This document shows positions 21,556 to 33,029 of a stretch of 64,000 bases of DNA, piece by piece. The notes beneath the pieces were generated by a model. That model was not told the DNA's origin and did not search any database. It was given only the letters and a program-made list of their open reading frames with translations. Positions within the stretch are counted from its first letter, which is position 1, and every line of letters begins with the position of its first letter. Source of the stretch: Trueperaceae bacterium (GTDB lineage Bacteria > Deinococcota > Deinococci > Deinococcales > Trueperaceae); assembly GCA_965213925.1 (NCBI GenBank), contig OZ243927.1, forward strand, positions 3,872,001 through 3,936,000, read 5' to 3'. The position numbers and the translations under genes were made by a program.

Positions 21556-22476
21556 TTACAGTGAGGTGAAGGCGCGGTCCAGCGCCATCGTCAAGAAGAT
21601 TAGGGCTAAGTACGACATCGAATATTTGTAGAGGCTTAGGGCGGTAGGGCGGTCGATTGGCTGGTCGTTACGCACCAACACGAAGAGCCGCGCAACACGT
21701 ACGAGTAACACAATATTCAGCAACAAGGCTGCAAGAAAGTACGCAACGCTGAACTCGTGAAGCGCGAAAGGGATGATCGTCAGTACGGCGGTGAGCACCG
21801 CGTACATCACCATCTGCATGACGGTCGCTCGCTCGCCGATCACCACTGGAGCCATCGGCACGCCCACCGCCGCGTAATCATCCTTAATCATGAGCGCTAG
21901 CGCCCAGAAGTGGACGGGCGTCCAGAGGAAAACGAGTCCGAACAAAAACCACGCCAGGAGGCTCAGCTCGCCCGTGACCGCCGCCCAGCCGACGAGGGGC
22001 GGAATCGCGCCCGCCGCGCCGCCGATAACGATGTTCTGCCAGGTGCTCCTCTTGAGCCACATCGTATAGATAATGACGTAGAAGGCGATGCCCGCCCAGG
22101 AGAGGAGCGCCGCTAGAACGGTCGAGGTGAGCGCGATGATGACGAACGAGCCGAGCGTGAGGACCGCAGCGAAGAGAAGCGCGTGCGAGTTTGAGATCAC
22201 CGATGTGACCGTCGGGCGCTTCGCGGTGCGGCGCATCCGCACGTCGATATCGCTGTCGTAGACCATATTGAAGACACCCGCCGCGCCCGCCGACATGTAG
22301 CCGCCCACAAGCACACCGAGCAGCGGGACAATTCCAGGAAAACCCCGCGCCGCCACGAACATCGCGCCGACTGTCGTGAAAAGGAGCAAGCTGATAACTT
22401 TGGGTTTGGTCAGCGTAACATAGTCGCGCCAGGTAGCTCTAGCGATTGGAGCGGGTTGTATTTGTGGTTGGCTCAT
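21556..22476 (-). CDS. ctaB: Protoheme IX farnesyltransferase (heme O synthase)
   Basis: LTKPKVI, D.DID..M.RT..RP and WTPVHFWALA motifs; ATGA overlap with the ctaA stop. Confidence 0.95.
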   Translation of the reverse strand: MSQPQIQPAPIARATWRDYVTLTKPKVISLLLFTTVGAMFVAARGFPGIVPLLGVLVGGYMSAGAAGVFNMVYDSDIDVRMRRTAKRPTVTSVISNSHALLFAAVLTLGSFVIIALTSTVLAALLSWAGIAFYVIIYTMWLKRSTWQNIVIGGAAGAIPPLVGWAAVTGELSLLAWFLFGLVFLWTPVHFWALALMIKDDYAAVGVPMAPVVIGERATVMQMVMYAVLTAVLTIIPFALHEFSVAYFLAALLLNIVLLVRVARLFVLVRNDQPIDRPTALSLYKYSMSYLALIFLTMALDRAFTSL

Positions 22477-23477
22477 CTCACCGCTTTCTTGGCGTATGAC
22501 TTGGTGGAGGGTTCGGCTCGAGGATTGAATGAAGGATGAGTAACGGTGACGGGGCTTCCTAAAGCGTAGATACCCAGCGCCGCGAGTAGCCCGAAGGCGA
22601 GCACGGCGGTGAAGAGGTGCGCGAGCTGTAAGACCGTAGGCGCGAGAAAGGCGAGGTTGGCGCTGCCGATGACGAGCTGAACGATATAGACGCCGAGCAG
22701 CGCTTGGGCGAGCCGCTTCGCCTTGAGCACGGGCTTGAGCCACCAGCTCAGCCCCAAGCTCAGGAAGAGGTACACACCGACGGTAATCGCGATGAGCGGG
22801 TGCAGGATGCGCAAACGAATGAGGAGGTGCGAGGATGCGTCGAAGTCAGCGGCGAGACCCGCCGCGAGACTTTCAGAAGGGAACATCGTGTTGCCCATCG
22901 CCGCGATGCCGCCTGAAAAGCTCAGCACGAGCATCCCGACCAAACCGACGCCGAGCACGGTGGCGAGCATTCCTTGACCGCGCAGTTTAGGTAGTCCGAG
23001 TGTTCTATCTCTGGCGTAGACGAGCGTCGCGGTAAGCGCCCCGACGAGGAGCAGCGAGTTGACCAGGTGAGAGGCGACCATGAGACCTCTTCCTACCGTC
23101 GCGTTGTCACCCGTCAAGCCGAGCAGCACCGTCGCCGCGCCTAAAAGAGCTTCAAAGATGAGAAAGACGAACGAAGCGAGCGCCGCACCCCACAGCGCGG
23201 GTCTTTCTTTGCGCATGCGCCACGCGGCGATGAGGAGCCACGCACCGATAAGGAGCGCGCCGAGCGAGAGCAGACGGTGGGAGAACTCGATGAGCGTTTC
23301 GGTACTGGGCGCGAGCGGCACGACCTCACCGTTACAAAGGGGCCAGTGGCTGCCGCAACCCGCCCCAGAGCCCGTTGCACGGACGACTGCGCCTTGCAGA
23401 ATCACGATGAGGTTGACGCCTAGCGCTGTCCACGCCAGCGTACCCATAGAGACCCCTGCACGTAGACGCTTCAACAC
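22473..23477 (-). CDS. ctaA: Heme A synthase (COX15/CtaA)
   Basis: GAGCGSHWPLCNG and IEFSHRL motifs; start uncertain (23447-23540). Confidence 0.9.
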   Translation of the reverse strand: MLKRLRAGVSMGTLAWTALGVNLIVILQGAVVRATGSGAGCGSHWPLCNGEVVPLAPSTETLIEFSHRLLSLGALLIGAWLLIAAWRMRKERPALWGAALASFVFLIFEALLGAATVLLGLTGDNATVGRGLMVASHLVNSLLLVGALTATLVYARDRTLGLPKLRGQGMLATVLGVGLVGMLVLSFSGGIAAMGNTMFPSESLAAGLAADFDASSHLLIRLRILHPLIAITVGVYLFLSLGLSWWLKPVLKAKRLAQALLGVYIVQLVIGSANLAFLAPTVLQLAHLFTAVLAFGLLAALGIYALGSPVTVTHPSFNPRAEPSTKSYAKKAVR

Positions 23478-23860
23478 GCGCTCCTTCTTTGTATTTGTCT
23501 TAACATCTCTTACTCCCTCTATAAAGCTACGCCAACGCATCTCAATACCCTCGTATCTTAATACCTTAGTATACGAACTCAGACGCCACTCACCTCTAGG
23601 ACAATTGTCCCCTCCCGCACCCGCTAGCGCGTGTTTATGATAGAGCTTTTGGCGTGTTGGGGACTCTATCTTAGAGGCTCATGCTCGAGCCCGACGTAGG
23701 GTCAAGCGTACCATTTGCTTACTCAGCTATCATGACGCGGGAGCACGTTTCTCAAGGTTCACGTCAGCTTACGCTTACCCACCTCAAAACACAGGTCACA
23801 GTCCTCTTTGCAAGAATTCAAAGTGTGCAATACTCTGCCTAACACTCTCTAGGAGGCACT

Positions 23861-24385
23861 ATGCTCTTACCTCTGCTGCTCTCATCGGTTGCTGCTGGTT
23901 TTATCGCCACCTCGGTCATGGTCTTTTTTCTCTACTTGCCGCTCACCTGGAATGGAGAATTTTATGACGTGCTGGGCGCATTAGGCTCAGCGATCACGCG
24001 GCAAGTCGATGGACGTTCGCGTTTTCTAGGTAGCATCATCTATTTCGCGGGCGGCATCCTCTTCTCTATCTTTTACGGCTGGGTCGTCATGGCGCTCATG
24101 ACCTCGGGCTTTCCCGTGCCTGAACTTATTATCTTTCCGAGCTTCCCGGTCGAAATCAACCTCTTCTATCCGATCCTCGGTCTTGCGCTTGGTTTAGGTC
24201 ACGGTATCTTGGTCGGCTTTCTGGTGACAATCGTCGTTATTGAGCACCATCCTTTAGAAAGGTTTCGCGAGCGTTTTATCCTCGTTATTTCACAGATTAT
24301 TAGTCACATCGCCTTCGGCGTCACCGTGATGTTCTTTCAGCATCAGTTTTTACAGCTTTTCTTCAACATAGGAAGCAACACCTAA
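23861..24385 (+). CDS. Hypothetical membrane protein
   Basis: SD AGGAGG; four hydrophobic helices with His residues. Confidence 0.7.
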   Translation: MLLPLLLSSVAAGFIATSVMVFFLYLPLTWNGEFYDVLGALGSAITRQVDGRSRFLGSIIYFAGGILFSIFYGWVVMALMTSGFPVPELIIFPSFPVEINLFYPILGLALGLGHGILVGFLVTIVVIEHHPLERFRERFILVISQIISHIAFGVTVMFFQHQFLQLFFNIGSNT

Positions 24386-24395
24386 ACCCTTCGCA

Positions 24396-25097
24396 ATGCG
24401 CCTCCTCGCTGTTCTCGCCCACCCTGACGACGAACTCGGTTGCGTCGGCACGCTCGCGAAGCACGCGGCGCGGGGCGACGCCGTCAAGCTCGTCTGGACG
24501 ACCCACGGCGAGTTGGCGAGCCAGTTCGTAGAAGAGTCTGAGGAGGAGGTGCGCCGCGTCCGGCAGGAGCACGGGGCGTGGGTCGCGCAGAAGTTGGGGG
24601 CGAGCTATCAGTTTTTCGACATGGGGGACTCGAGGCTTACGGGCAGCCGCGCCGAAGCCTTGGAGCTAGCGCGGCTCTACGCCGAGTTTAGGCCTGACGC
24701 CGTCGTCACCTGGAGCGACGACCACCCGCACCCCGACCACCGGATGACCGCCAAAATCGCCTTTGATGCAATTACGCTGGCGCGAATTCCGAAAATTCTC
24801 AATGAAGGCTTAGGAGACGACGCTCAACTCGGGGCGCACCGCAAGAGCGTGCGCTTCTACCAGTACCTCTCCTTCGCCTCGCCGACGCGCTACCCTACCG
24901 TTCACGTGGACACGTCCGAGCACATCAGCGTTGCGCTAGACGTCTTCAGGCTCTACCGCGACTTTTACGGCTGGACGCTCACCGCCGAACAGTTCGAGCG
25001 GAGCCGCGCCAATCGGGGGCGAGAGGTCGGGGTGGCTTACGCGGAGGTCTTCGAGGTGCGCGGGCGCTACGCGCCGCCACTGGATTATCTTCACTGA
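24396..25097 (+). CDS. PIG-L/LmbE family deacetylase
   Basis: AHPDDE and HPHPDH motifs. Confidence 0.9.
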   Translation: MRLLAVLAHPDDELGCVGTLAKHAARGDAVKLVWTTHGELASQFVEESEEEVRRVRQEHGAWVAQKLGASYQFFDMGDSRLTGSRAEALELARLYAEFRPDAVVTWSDDHPHPDHRMTAKIAFDAITLARIPKILNEGLGDDAQLGAHRKSVRFYQYLSFASPTRYPTVHVDTSEHISVALDVFRLYRDFYGWTLTAEQFERSRANRGREVGVAYAEVFEVRGRYAPPLDYLH

Positions 25098-25306
25098 ACG
25101 CGCTCATCCCTAGACGATCTAAAGCGTACGGGTATACTTAAAAACGCACTGGGTGCTAAATTGACGTGACCAATATTAAAGGGAGGCACACGCCTATCTC
25201 ACGCAGGTTCGTCATGATAGACGCATCAGATGTGCTTGCTTGAGGAGCGTCTGGCTGTTAGACTAATACGGTTTGCTCATAGGTTCACTGTCTATGAGCG
25301 ACGCTG

Positions 25307-26389
25307 TTGGAGGACGGAACTGTGATGACGCGCGCTTTAAGTTTATCGCTCCTGCTACTTCTCGCGACCTCATTCGCGCAGGAGACGGGTGACCTCACTA
25401 CCGAGGAGCTGTTGCAACAAGGAGATTTCTACTACGCTAGGGGCGACTGCTTAACGTCACAGTACCTCTTTCAGCGAGCGCTAGAGAAGGAACCGGACAA
25501 TGCAGACGCGATGCTCGGCAAGGGGCGAGCACTCGTCTGCCAGGGCGCGCTAGAGCTGGGCATCGAAGAGTATCAGAGCGTCCTCGACGCCCATCCCGAC
25601 CAGTTAAGCGCATATATCCAGCTCGCCAACGCTTATAGGGAGCAGTACCAAAGTGACCCGGAGCGCTACGCGGGCAGATTGGGAGACGCTTTAGACCTCT
25701 TAGAGCGCGCTGAAGAGATGGGAGAGAGCAACGCGGCACTGAGTAACACGAGGGGCGTGCTGCTCTACGAACAGGGCAACATGGACGGGGCGCAAGCAGC
25801 CCTCGAGAACGCCGTCGCGTTAGAGAGCGACAACGCCAGCTACCAAGCGAACTTGGGCGCGGTGTACCGCAGTGCCGGCGAACTAGAAGAGGCGCTCATC
25901 GCGTTTAAGCGCGCGGTGGTGCTGCAACCCAACAGCGCGAGCTTTCGCAACGACTTGGGGGATATCTACTTCAAGCTAGAACGCTGCGAGGACGCCGAGT
26001 TCGAGCTGCGCCAAGCGGTCGAAATTGACGAGAACTTGCTCGAGGCGAACTTTAACCTCGCGCGCACGCTCTTCGACTGCGGCGAGGTCAGCGCGTCGGT
26101 CCCTTACTTTCAAAAGGTGATCGACATCGACGCGGTCTCGCTGCCGCCCGCCTATACATACTTGGCGAGGGCGTATATCCAGCAGAGCCAACTCGATAGA
26201 GCCGTTACCGAGGCGACCAAGGGCGCACTCTTGCCCCCCGCCAACGCAGAAGCCTACTACTGGCTCGGTCAAGCCTACGAGATACGTGGCGGCGCGGACG
26301 ACCTAGCGAAAGCTAGAGATGCTTACGAACGCGCTTTAGAGATCGACCCCGACTTTGCATCGGCGAGAGAGGCATTAGGTCAACTTTAG
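25307..26389 (+). CDS. Secreted tetratricopeptide repeat protein
   Basis: Signal peptide (likely ATG 25325 after GGAGG) and multiple TPR repeats. Confidence 0.85.
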   Translation: MEDGTVMTRALSLSLLLLLATSFAQETGDLTTEELLQQGDFYYARGDCLTSQYLFQRALEKEPDNADAMLGKGRALVCQGALELGIEEYQSVLDAHPDQLSAYIQLANAYREQYQSDPERYAGRLGDALDLLERAEEMGESNAALSNTRGVLLYEQGNMDGAQAALENAVALESDNASYQANLGAVYRSAGELEEALIAFKRAVVLQPNSASFRNDLGDIYFKLERCEDAEFELRQAVEIDENLLEANFNLARTLFDCGEVSASVPYFQKVIDIDAVSLPPAYTYLARAYIQQSQLDRAVTEATKGALLPPANAEAYYWLGQAYEIRGGADDLAKARDAYERALEIDPDFASAREALGQL

Positions 26390-26510
26390 GGTTATTCTAT
26401 AGAGTTGACTTTTTAGAGTTGACAACAGGGTCGCTGCGGCAGCGGGATGTCCGCACTGACCCGCAATCTCTACACAAAATTTTCGCTCAACGTCCCGCTT
26501 TGGAGGCTGT

Positions 26511-27443
26511 ATGTCGTATTTGGGAATGAAGCAACTTTTAGAGGCTGGGGTTCACTTCGGTCACGAAACGAAGCGTTGGAACCCCAAGTTCAAGCGTTAT
26601 ATCTTCGCGGAGCGCAACGGTATCTTCATTATCGATCTGCAAAAGACGCTCGTCGAATCAGATAAAGCCTTTAACTATCTGCGCGAAGTCGCGGCGAGAG
26701 GCGGCACGATCCTCTTTGTCGGCACCAAGAAGCAGGCCCAAGAGATTTTGGCGGCGGAGGCGAAGCGCTGCGGGATGCCGTACCTCAACGAGCGTTGGTT
26801 GGGCGGCACGCTGACGAACTTTAAGACGATCCGCAGCCGGGTCGAGCGTCTCAAGGAGTTGGAGAAACAGTTCGAGGACGAGAGCATCTTGCGCTACGGC
26901 AAAAAGGAGCAGATCGAACTCGGCAAAGAGCTGCTGCGTTTACAGCGTTACTTGGGCGGCATCAAAGAGATGAGCCGCTTACCCGACGTGCTCTTCATCG
27001 TCGATCCGACAAAGGAAGCCATCGCGGTGCGCGAGGCGAATAAGCTCGGCATCCCCGTCGTCGCACTCGCCGACACCGACTCCGACCCCGACGTGCTCGA
27101 TTACATCGTGCCCGGTAACGACGACGCGATCCGCTCTATTCAGCTCGTCACGGCGCGCCTAGCCGACTCGATTGTCGAGGTGCGCGGCGGCGCTCAAGCA
27201 GAGAGCGAAGCGCCGAGCGAAGAGGTCCAGGGCGAACAACGCGAAACGCTGCCTACCCCGCTCTCTTCACCAGAGCGTACCATCGCCGAAGCGGCTCAGC
27301 GCGGCGGTCAGGGCAGTGGTGGTCAGCGCAGTGGTGGTCAGCGCAGTGGTGGTCAGGGCAGTGGTGGTCAGGGCAGTGGAGAAGCGGCGCAAGAGGCTCA
27401 AGCTGCGCCCGCAGCTGAGCAAGAAGACACGCAACCCGCTTGA
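26511..27443 (+). CDS. rpsB: 30S ribosomal protein S2 with a long C-terminal extension
   Basis: [19 protein letters not shown] and PGNDDAIRS motifs. Confidence 0.98.
   Translation: MSYLGMKQLLEAGVHFGHETKRWNPKFKRYIFAERNGIFIIDLQKTLVESDKAFNYLREVAARGGTILFVGTKKQAQEILAAEAKRCGMPYLNERWLGGTLTNFKTIRSRVERLKELEKQFEDESILRYGKKEQIELGKELLRLQRYLGGIKEMSRLPDVLFIVDPTKEAIAVREANKLGIPVVALADTDSDPDVLDYIVPGNDDAIRSIQLVTARLADSIVEVRGGAQAESEAPSEEVQGEQRETLPTPLSSPERTIAEAAQRGGQGSGGQRSGGQRSGGQGSGGQGSGEAAQEAQAAPAAEQEDTQPA
27303..27377 (+). repeat. 5 x 15-bp tandem repeat encoding GGQ(G/R)S
   Basis: GG(T/C)GGTCAG(G/C)GCAGT x5 inside the rpsB tail. Confidence 0.9.
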
Positions 27444-27574
27444 CCTGAAGCTAGACCGGTACACAACCTTGCAGGGCGACGCCGAGACTTTGGGAGAGTC
27501 TCGGCTGAGCGCTGACGATAAGTCAGAGAAACAAGACTGAGAAATACAAAGAACCATACTGAAAGGGGAATACC

Positions 27575-28872
<1,298 letters not shown>

Positions 28873-29212
28873 TTTGGATATCGATTTCATCATGGTTTTA
28901 ATTTGCGCTTAGCTTAATGTCGGACAAGCTCTGTGACGCGATATAGTAGGTGATACGGTTTCCGGTTAAATACGAAATGTTTATTTCGTACTTGACCCGA
29001 GTGTAACGAGTTGAAAAAAACACGGATTCTGATGAGTTTCACGAAGTACTCCCGACTCCGCAGAAGCGCGTAGCGTCGGGAACGGAAGAAACTCTGCAAG
29101 AGTTTATGCAGTCATCAATCGAAATCCGTATAAAGCATAGCTCGAGTTCTCACGGCTGCGCGCCTCACCGCGCTTCTCTTGAGACAACTCGAGCCAAAGA
29201 AGGAGGCATAAG

Positions 29213-29767
29213 GTGCAAACAGTTCTTAAAGAGACGCGGCAGCGCATGGATAAAACGCTAGAGGCGTTCGAGCAAAACATCGGTATGGTGCGCACCGGAC
29301 GCGCTAATCCTGCCATCTTGAACCGTGTCCAGGTCAACTACTACGGCAGTTCGACGCCCTTAAATCAGCTCGCGAGCATCTCCAGCCCGGACCCACGTAC
29401 GCTCCTTATCTCGCCCTACGACAAGAGCGCCGTCGCCAACATTGAAAAAGCGATTCGCGACAGTGACCTGGGCTTTAATCCGAGCAATAAAGGCGACAGC
29501 ATCTTTATCAGCGTGCCGCAGCTCAACGACGAGCGCCGCCGCACGCTCGTTAAAACGACGAAAACAATGGCGGAAGAAGCCCGCGTCTCGGTGCGCAACA
29601 TCCGCCGCGACGCCAACGATGAGCTTAAAGAGATGAACAAAGAGAACCTCTTGACCGAAGACGACTTGCGTCAGGGCGAGAACGAAGTGCAGAAGATTAC
29701 AAACGACTACATCGGTAAAATTGACGCACGAGTCAAGTCCAAAGAAGAGGACATTATGGCGGTTTAG
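29213..29767 (+). CDS. frr: Ribosome recycling factor
   Basis: RTGRANP and VRNIRRDAND motifs; SD AGGAGG. Confidence 0.97.
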   Translation: MQTVLKETRQRMDKTLEAFEQNIGMVRTGRANPAILNRVQVNYYGSSTPLNQLASISSPDPRTLLISPYDKSAVANIEKAIRDSDLGFNPSNKGDSIFISVPQLNDERRRTLVKTTKTMAEEARVSVRNIRRDANDELKEMNKENLLTEDDLRQGENEVQKITNDYIGKIDARVKSKEEDIMAV

Positions 29768-29798
29768 GCGCACAAGTAGGGAGAAAAATAGCCAACGG

Positions 29799-29845
29799 AA
29801 GGGATGAGAATAGAGGCGACTTTATTCTCATCCCTTTTCTCTTTC
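29799..29845 (+). terminator. Intrinsic terminator after frr
   Basis: AAGGGATGAGAATAGAG-GCGA-CTTTATTCTCATCCCTT plus T-rich tail. Confidence 0.75.
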
Positions 29846-29871
29846 TTCTTCATCCCAACAGATAGCGCTAG

Positions 29872-30789
29872 GTGCGACTCCTTTCCTCCGCTCGGGTTAA
29901 GCTCTCTTTACTTATGTTTGGTCTCAACTTCCACCTGCCCTACCCCCGCGTGACCTCGAGCTTCTTCGGCTTCATCGCCGCACTCATTATCATGTGGGTA
30001 GGCTTACCCCTTTTAGCCCCCGCCTATCTCGTTTTGTCACTCGTTGCGCTGCAAGAATACGCCGTGCTGATGAACCTGCGCGGTATCCCGATTCGGCGGC
30101 GCAGCCTGTGGGTGGCGACGGTCTTAACGCTGCCCGCCTCACTGCCGGTCACTTACGAGGGACTTTTCAACATGCAACCCCTCTTCGACGGCATGAGCTG
30201 GCGCGAAGCGCTTTTAGGCCTGCTCGCGCTCTACCTCATCGGCTTAGAGGTTATCCGTCCGAACGACCGCTCGGTGCAGAGCGTGATCTACTCGCTGTTT
30301 GGCTACTTCTATATTCCTTGGCTTTTAGGTTACGGTATCACCTTGCGCTACACGCCCGACGGTACTTTGGGGCTCTGGTACCTGATGCTGCCTATCTTAG
30401 CGATCTTCGCGAGCGACACAGGTGCATACGTCATCGGCAAGTTCTTCGGGCGTCAGAAGCTCGCGCCGCAGGTGAGCCCAAACAAGACGCTCGAGGGGGC
30501 TTTCGGCGGTCTCGGCTTCGCGGTCTTTATCGTCTCGGTCACGACCTACAGTTTAGAAGCTATCTCGAACTTGCGCATCGATATCTACGACACGATCCTT
30601 TTTAGCATTTTGGTCGCGAGCGCGGCCCAACTCGGCGACCTCTTCGAGTCGCTCATCAAGCGCTGGGCAGGCGTTAAAGATGCTGGGTTTTTCTTGCCGG
30701 GGCATGGCGGCGCGTTGGACCGCATCGACGGGATGCTCTTCGCGGTGCCGATTACGTATTACTTCGTGACGTTTGTGATTTTGAGATAG
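29872..30789 (+). CDS. cdsA: Phosphatidate cytidylyltransferase
   Basis: SDTGAY, SPNKTLEG, GDLFES.IKR..GVKD and PGHGG.LDR.D motifs; start uncertain. Confidence 0.95.
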   Translation: MRLLSSARVKLSLLMFGLNFHLPYPRVTSSFFGFIAALIIMWVGLPLLAPAYLVLSLVALQEYAVLMNLRGIPIRRRSLWVATVLTLPASLPVTYEGLFNMQPLFDGMSWREALLGLLALYLIGLEVIRPNDRSVQSVIYSLFGYFYIPWLLGYGITLRYTPDGTLGLWYLMLPILAIFASDTGAYVIGKFFGRQKLAPQVSPNKTLEGAFGGLGFAVFIVSVTTYSLEAISNLRIDIYDTILFSILVASAAQLGDLFESLIKRWAGVKDAGFFLPGHGGALDRIDGMLFAVPITYYFVTFVILR

Positions 30790-30802
30790 TGTTTAGCGTC
30801 AT

Positions 30803-30833
30803 AAAAAAGCCGTCCCTTAAAGGGACGGCTAAA
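30803..30833 (-). terminator. Terminator between convergent genes
   Basis: A6-GCCGTCCCT-TAA-AGGGACGGC. Confidence 0.8.
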
Positions 30834-30852
30834 CTGATGGTGCTCGGGAAGT

Positions 30853-32952
30853 CTACTCTACCCCTACCGGACGGAGGAGGACGATTCCCTGATCGTCCGT
30901 GCCCTTGCTCTCATCGAACTCGGAGATGTAGAGATTGCCGTTTGTCGTATCCTCGACGAGGTCGATAGGATCGCTGAAGTCATCCAAGTCGTCGGGCGTC
31001 TCCGCTTTGCTGATGTCGTTATTAGGACCACTGGGGTCGAGTACCAAAATGTCATCCTCGTTGCTGTAGCGAGCGATGAGCAACTTGCCTTGGAGCGCTC
31101 CGTCAAAGTTGTCGCTCTTATATTCGATGACACCGTTGGGTGATTTGTTCTTGTCGAAGTCGTAAGCGAAGCCACGGTAGTCAGGATCGGGGTCAGTATC
31201 GCTCTCGTAAATGTCGACTTGTGCCGCGCTATCTCGGTAGTTGCCACCGCCGTTAAGAATCCATTCGCACCGCTTAGGATTGGGGTGACCGTAGTAGCCG
31301 CCTTCCTCGACGCGGAAGAGGAAGTCACTCTGCACTTGCTTTTCGACCAACCAGCCGTCGGTTTGGTCGCTCACATACTTGCCGTCCACGTCGCCCGGAC
31401 TATCCAACACGGGACCGCTATAGCCGTCGCAAACGCCCGCGTCAAGCCCGGAGAGGTCGTAGCGCGGCACGATGCCGCCCAAGTTGGAGCCGTTCGTCGG
31501 CACGTATAACTCGCCGTTCGAGTGCCAAACGAGGTCGTACGCATTACGGATGCCGCTGCCAAAAACGGTAAGCGGCGCACCTGGAGCGAACGGGTCGTAC
31601 GGATTGTCAGTATCTTCAGTCTGAACATCGAGGGGAGGTGACGACACGGCGCTGATGTCGAAGCGCAGCGTCGCAGCGGTGAGGAGTTGCTCTTCGCGGT
31701 AGTTCCAGGCGCTGTCAGGCGCACCCATCGCGGAGTTGCTGCCTTGATTGAAGTACAGTACGCCGGGCTCGGCGGGATTGAACGCGACGCTATTCGTGAC
31801 GTGGTCTTTAGACGAGCGTGGCAGTCCGACTACGTAGTCTTGAACAGTCCCTAAATCGGGTCCGCTGAGGCGTGTAATCTTACCGCTCCAGGGCTCATTG
31901 ATGTTTTTTAGTTTGAATTCAGGGTCGACGTAAGTGTGGCTCACCCAAGCAATCAGATTGTCTGCTGTCGCCGAGGGGTCAAAAGCGAAGCCGATGAGCA
32001 GCCTTGCGCCGCCTTCAACCTGCTGCAAAGAACTAATGACTTCGGCGCTGCCCAACGTTCCGTCAGCGTTGATAGGGAAGCGCTTGATGCGCCCATCTAT
32101 AGTTGCGGCGTAGAGTTTGCGATCAGGTCCGATGGCGAGCGAGGTATAGGAATCGTTGTCACTACTTGGGGTCACGGTCTCGCGGTCGAATCTGACATTG
32201 CCAGGCGTATCTGGGTCTTTATCACCAGTTGTAAAGGTGCTCGAGAAAGGAATAAAGGCGTTGCCCCCCTGATCTTCAAGCCCGTCCGTCGTCTCGACGC
32301 GGTACTCGGTGTTTTCCTTGAGAGGTTCGGTAGGGTTGAGCGTGATGATATCGAAGCCGCCCGATGTACCCCGAACAACGTTGACGGACGCACCTGTCGC
32401 CACCTCGGTGAGTTTTACGTTCGAGGCAGTATTGGTTGAGTTCTCAAGTCCGCCGTCCGTATTCGCAGGATAGAGCGACACCGAAGCCTCGGGGTTGACG
32501 CCCGTATCGCGGTTGCGAGGTTCTGAGCGGGCGATGCGGGGGCGGTCGCTTGTCTCGAAAGTCATTCTATAAGGCTCGACCGACATGCCGCTCTCATCTT
32601 TGACACCGTCAGTAATTTCGAAGGCGTAGCGCACGTTGACGTCTAAAGTGTTATTGGGAAGGAAGATAATCTCATCACCTGAAAAAGAGATGTCGCCGGC
32701 CAAAAGCGGCGCTTCATCTGCCCTGGTTAGCTTGACCGTACCGTTGCCGAGCGTGTCTTCATCAATAGGTCCGTTGGGAAGCTTTAGCTCCGCTACAACC
32801 TCAGTATTTGGCGACACGACGTTTGCGCCGTTTCCGGGATTGGTATCGACTACAGAGGGCCGTTCTTTCGACCCGCCGCCGATAATCGGATCGAGGATAC
32901 CGCACGATACAAGACTCAAAAGCAAGAAGGTGAAGGGGACAATTCTTTTCAT
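30853..32952 (-). CDS. Lipoprotein with two Ig-like (Big_5/SbsA-like) domains and a glucose/sorbosone dehydrogenase-like beta-propeller
   Basis: Lipobox LVSC; P.L..NT.Y...T.G..D..G Ig repeats; GIRNAYDL and GGYYGHP motifs. Confidence 0.7.
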   Translation of the reverse strand: MKRIVPFTFLLLSLVSCGILDPIIGGGSKERPSVVDTNPGNGANVVSPNTEVVAELKLPNGPIDEDTLGNGTVKLTRADEAPLLAGDISFSGDEIIFLPNNTLDVNVRYAFEITDGVKDESGMSVEPYRMTFETSDRPRIARSEPRNRDTGVNPEASVSLYPANTDGGLENSTNTASNVKLTEVATGASVNVVRGTSGGFDIITLNPTEPLKENTEYRVETTDGLEDQGGNAFIPFSSTFTTGDKDPDTPGNVRFDRETVTPSSDNDSYTSLAIGPDRKLYAATIDGRIKRFPINADGTLGSAEVISSLQQVEGGARLLIGFAFDPSATADNLIAWVSHTYVDPEFKLKNINEPWSGKITRLSGPDLGTVQDYVVGLPRSSKDHVTNSVAFNPAEPGVLYFNQGSNSAMGAPDSAWNYREEQLLTAATLRFDISAVSSPPLDVQTEDTDNPYDPFAPGAPLTVFGSGIRNAYDLVWHSNGELYVPTNGSNLGGIVPRYDLSGLDAGVCDGYSGPVLDSPGDVDGKYVSDQTDGWLVEKQVQSDFLFRVEEGGYYGHPNPKRCEWILNGGGNYRDSAAQVDIYESDTDPDPDYRGFAYDFDKNKSPNGVIEYKSDNFDGALQGKLLIARYSNEDDILVLDPSGPNNDISKAETPDDLDDFSDPIDLVEDTTNGNLYISEFDESKGTDDQGIVLLRPVGVE

Positions 32953-33029
32953 CTATACTCCTTGGCGGCGGACTGAGTCCGCCGCCGTTTTAGGTTCTGG
33001 CTCTGCGCCAAACATTCTACTTTAACGTA

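Noticed and set aside
22477..22743. N-terminal extension of ctaB in the ORF track
   Set aside because: Overlaps ctaA; the ATGA-coupled start at 22476 is more plausible
26430..26510. S2 autoregulatory leader RNA
   Set aside because: Plausible by position, but I cannot match it to a known consensus by eye
27303..27377. GGQ repeats as a release-factor catalytic motif, or as a CRISPR array
   Set aside because: Low-complexity coding tandem repeat with no release-factor fold context and no spacers
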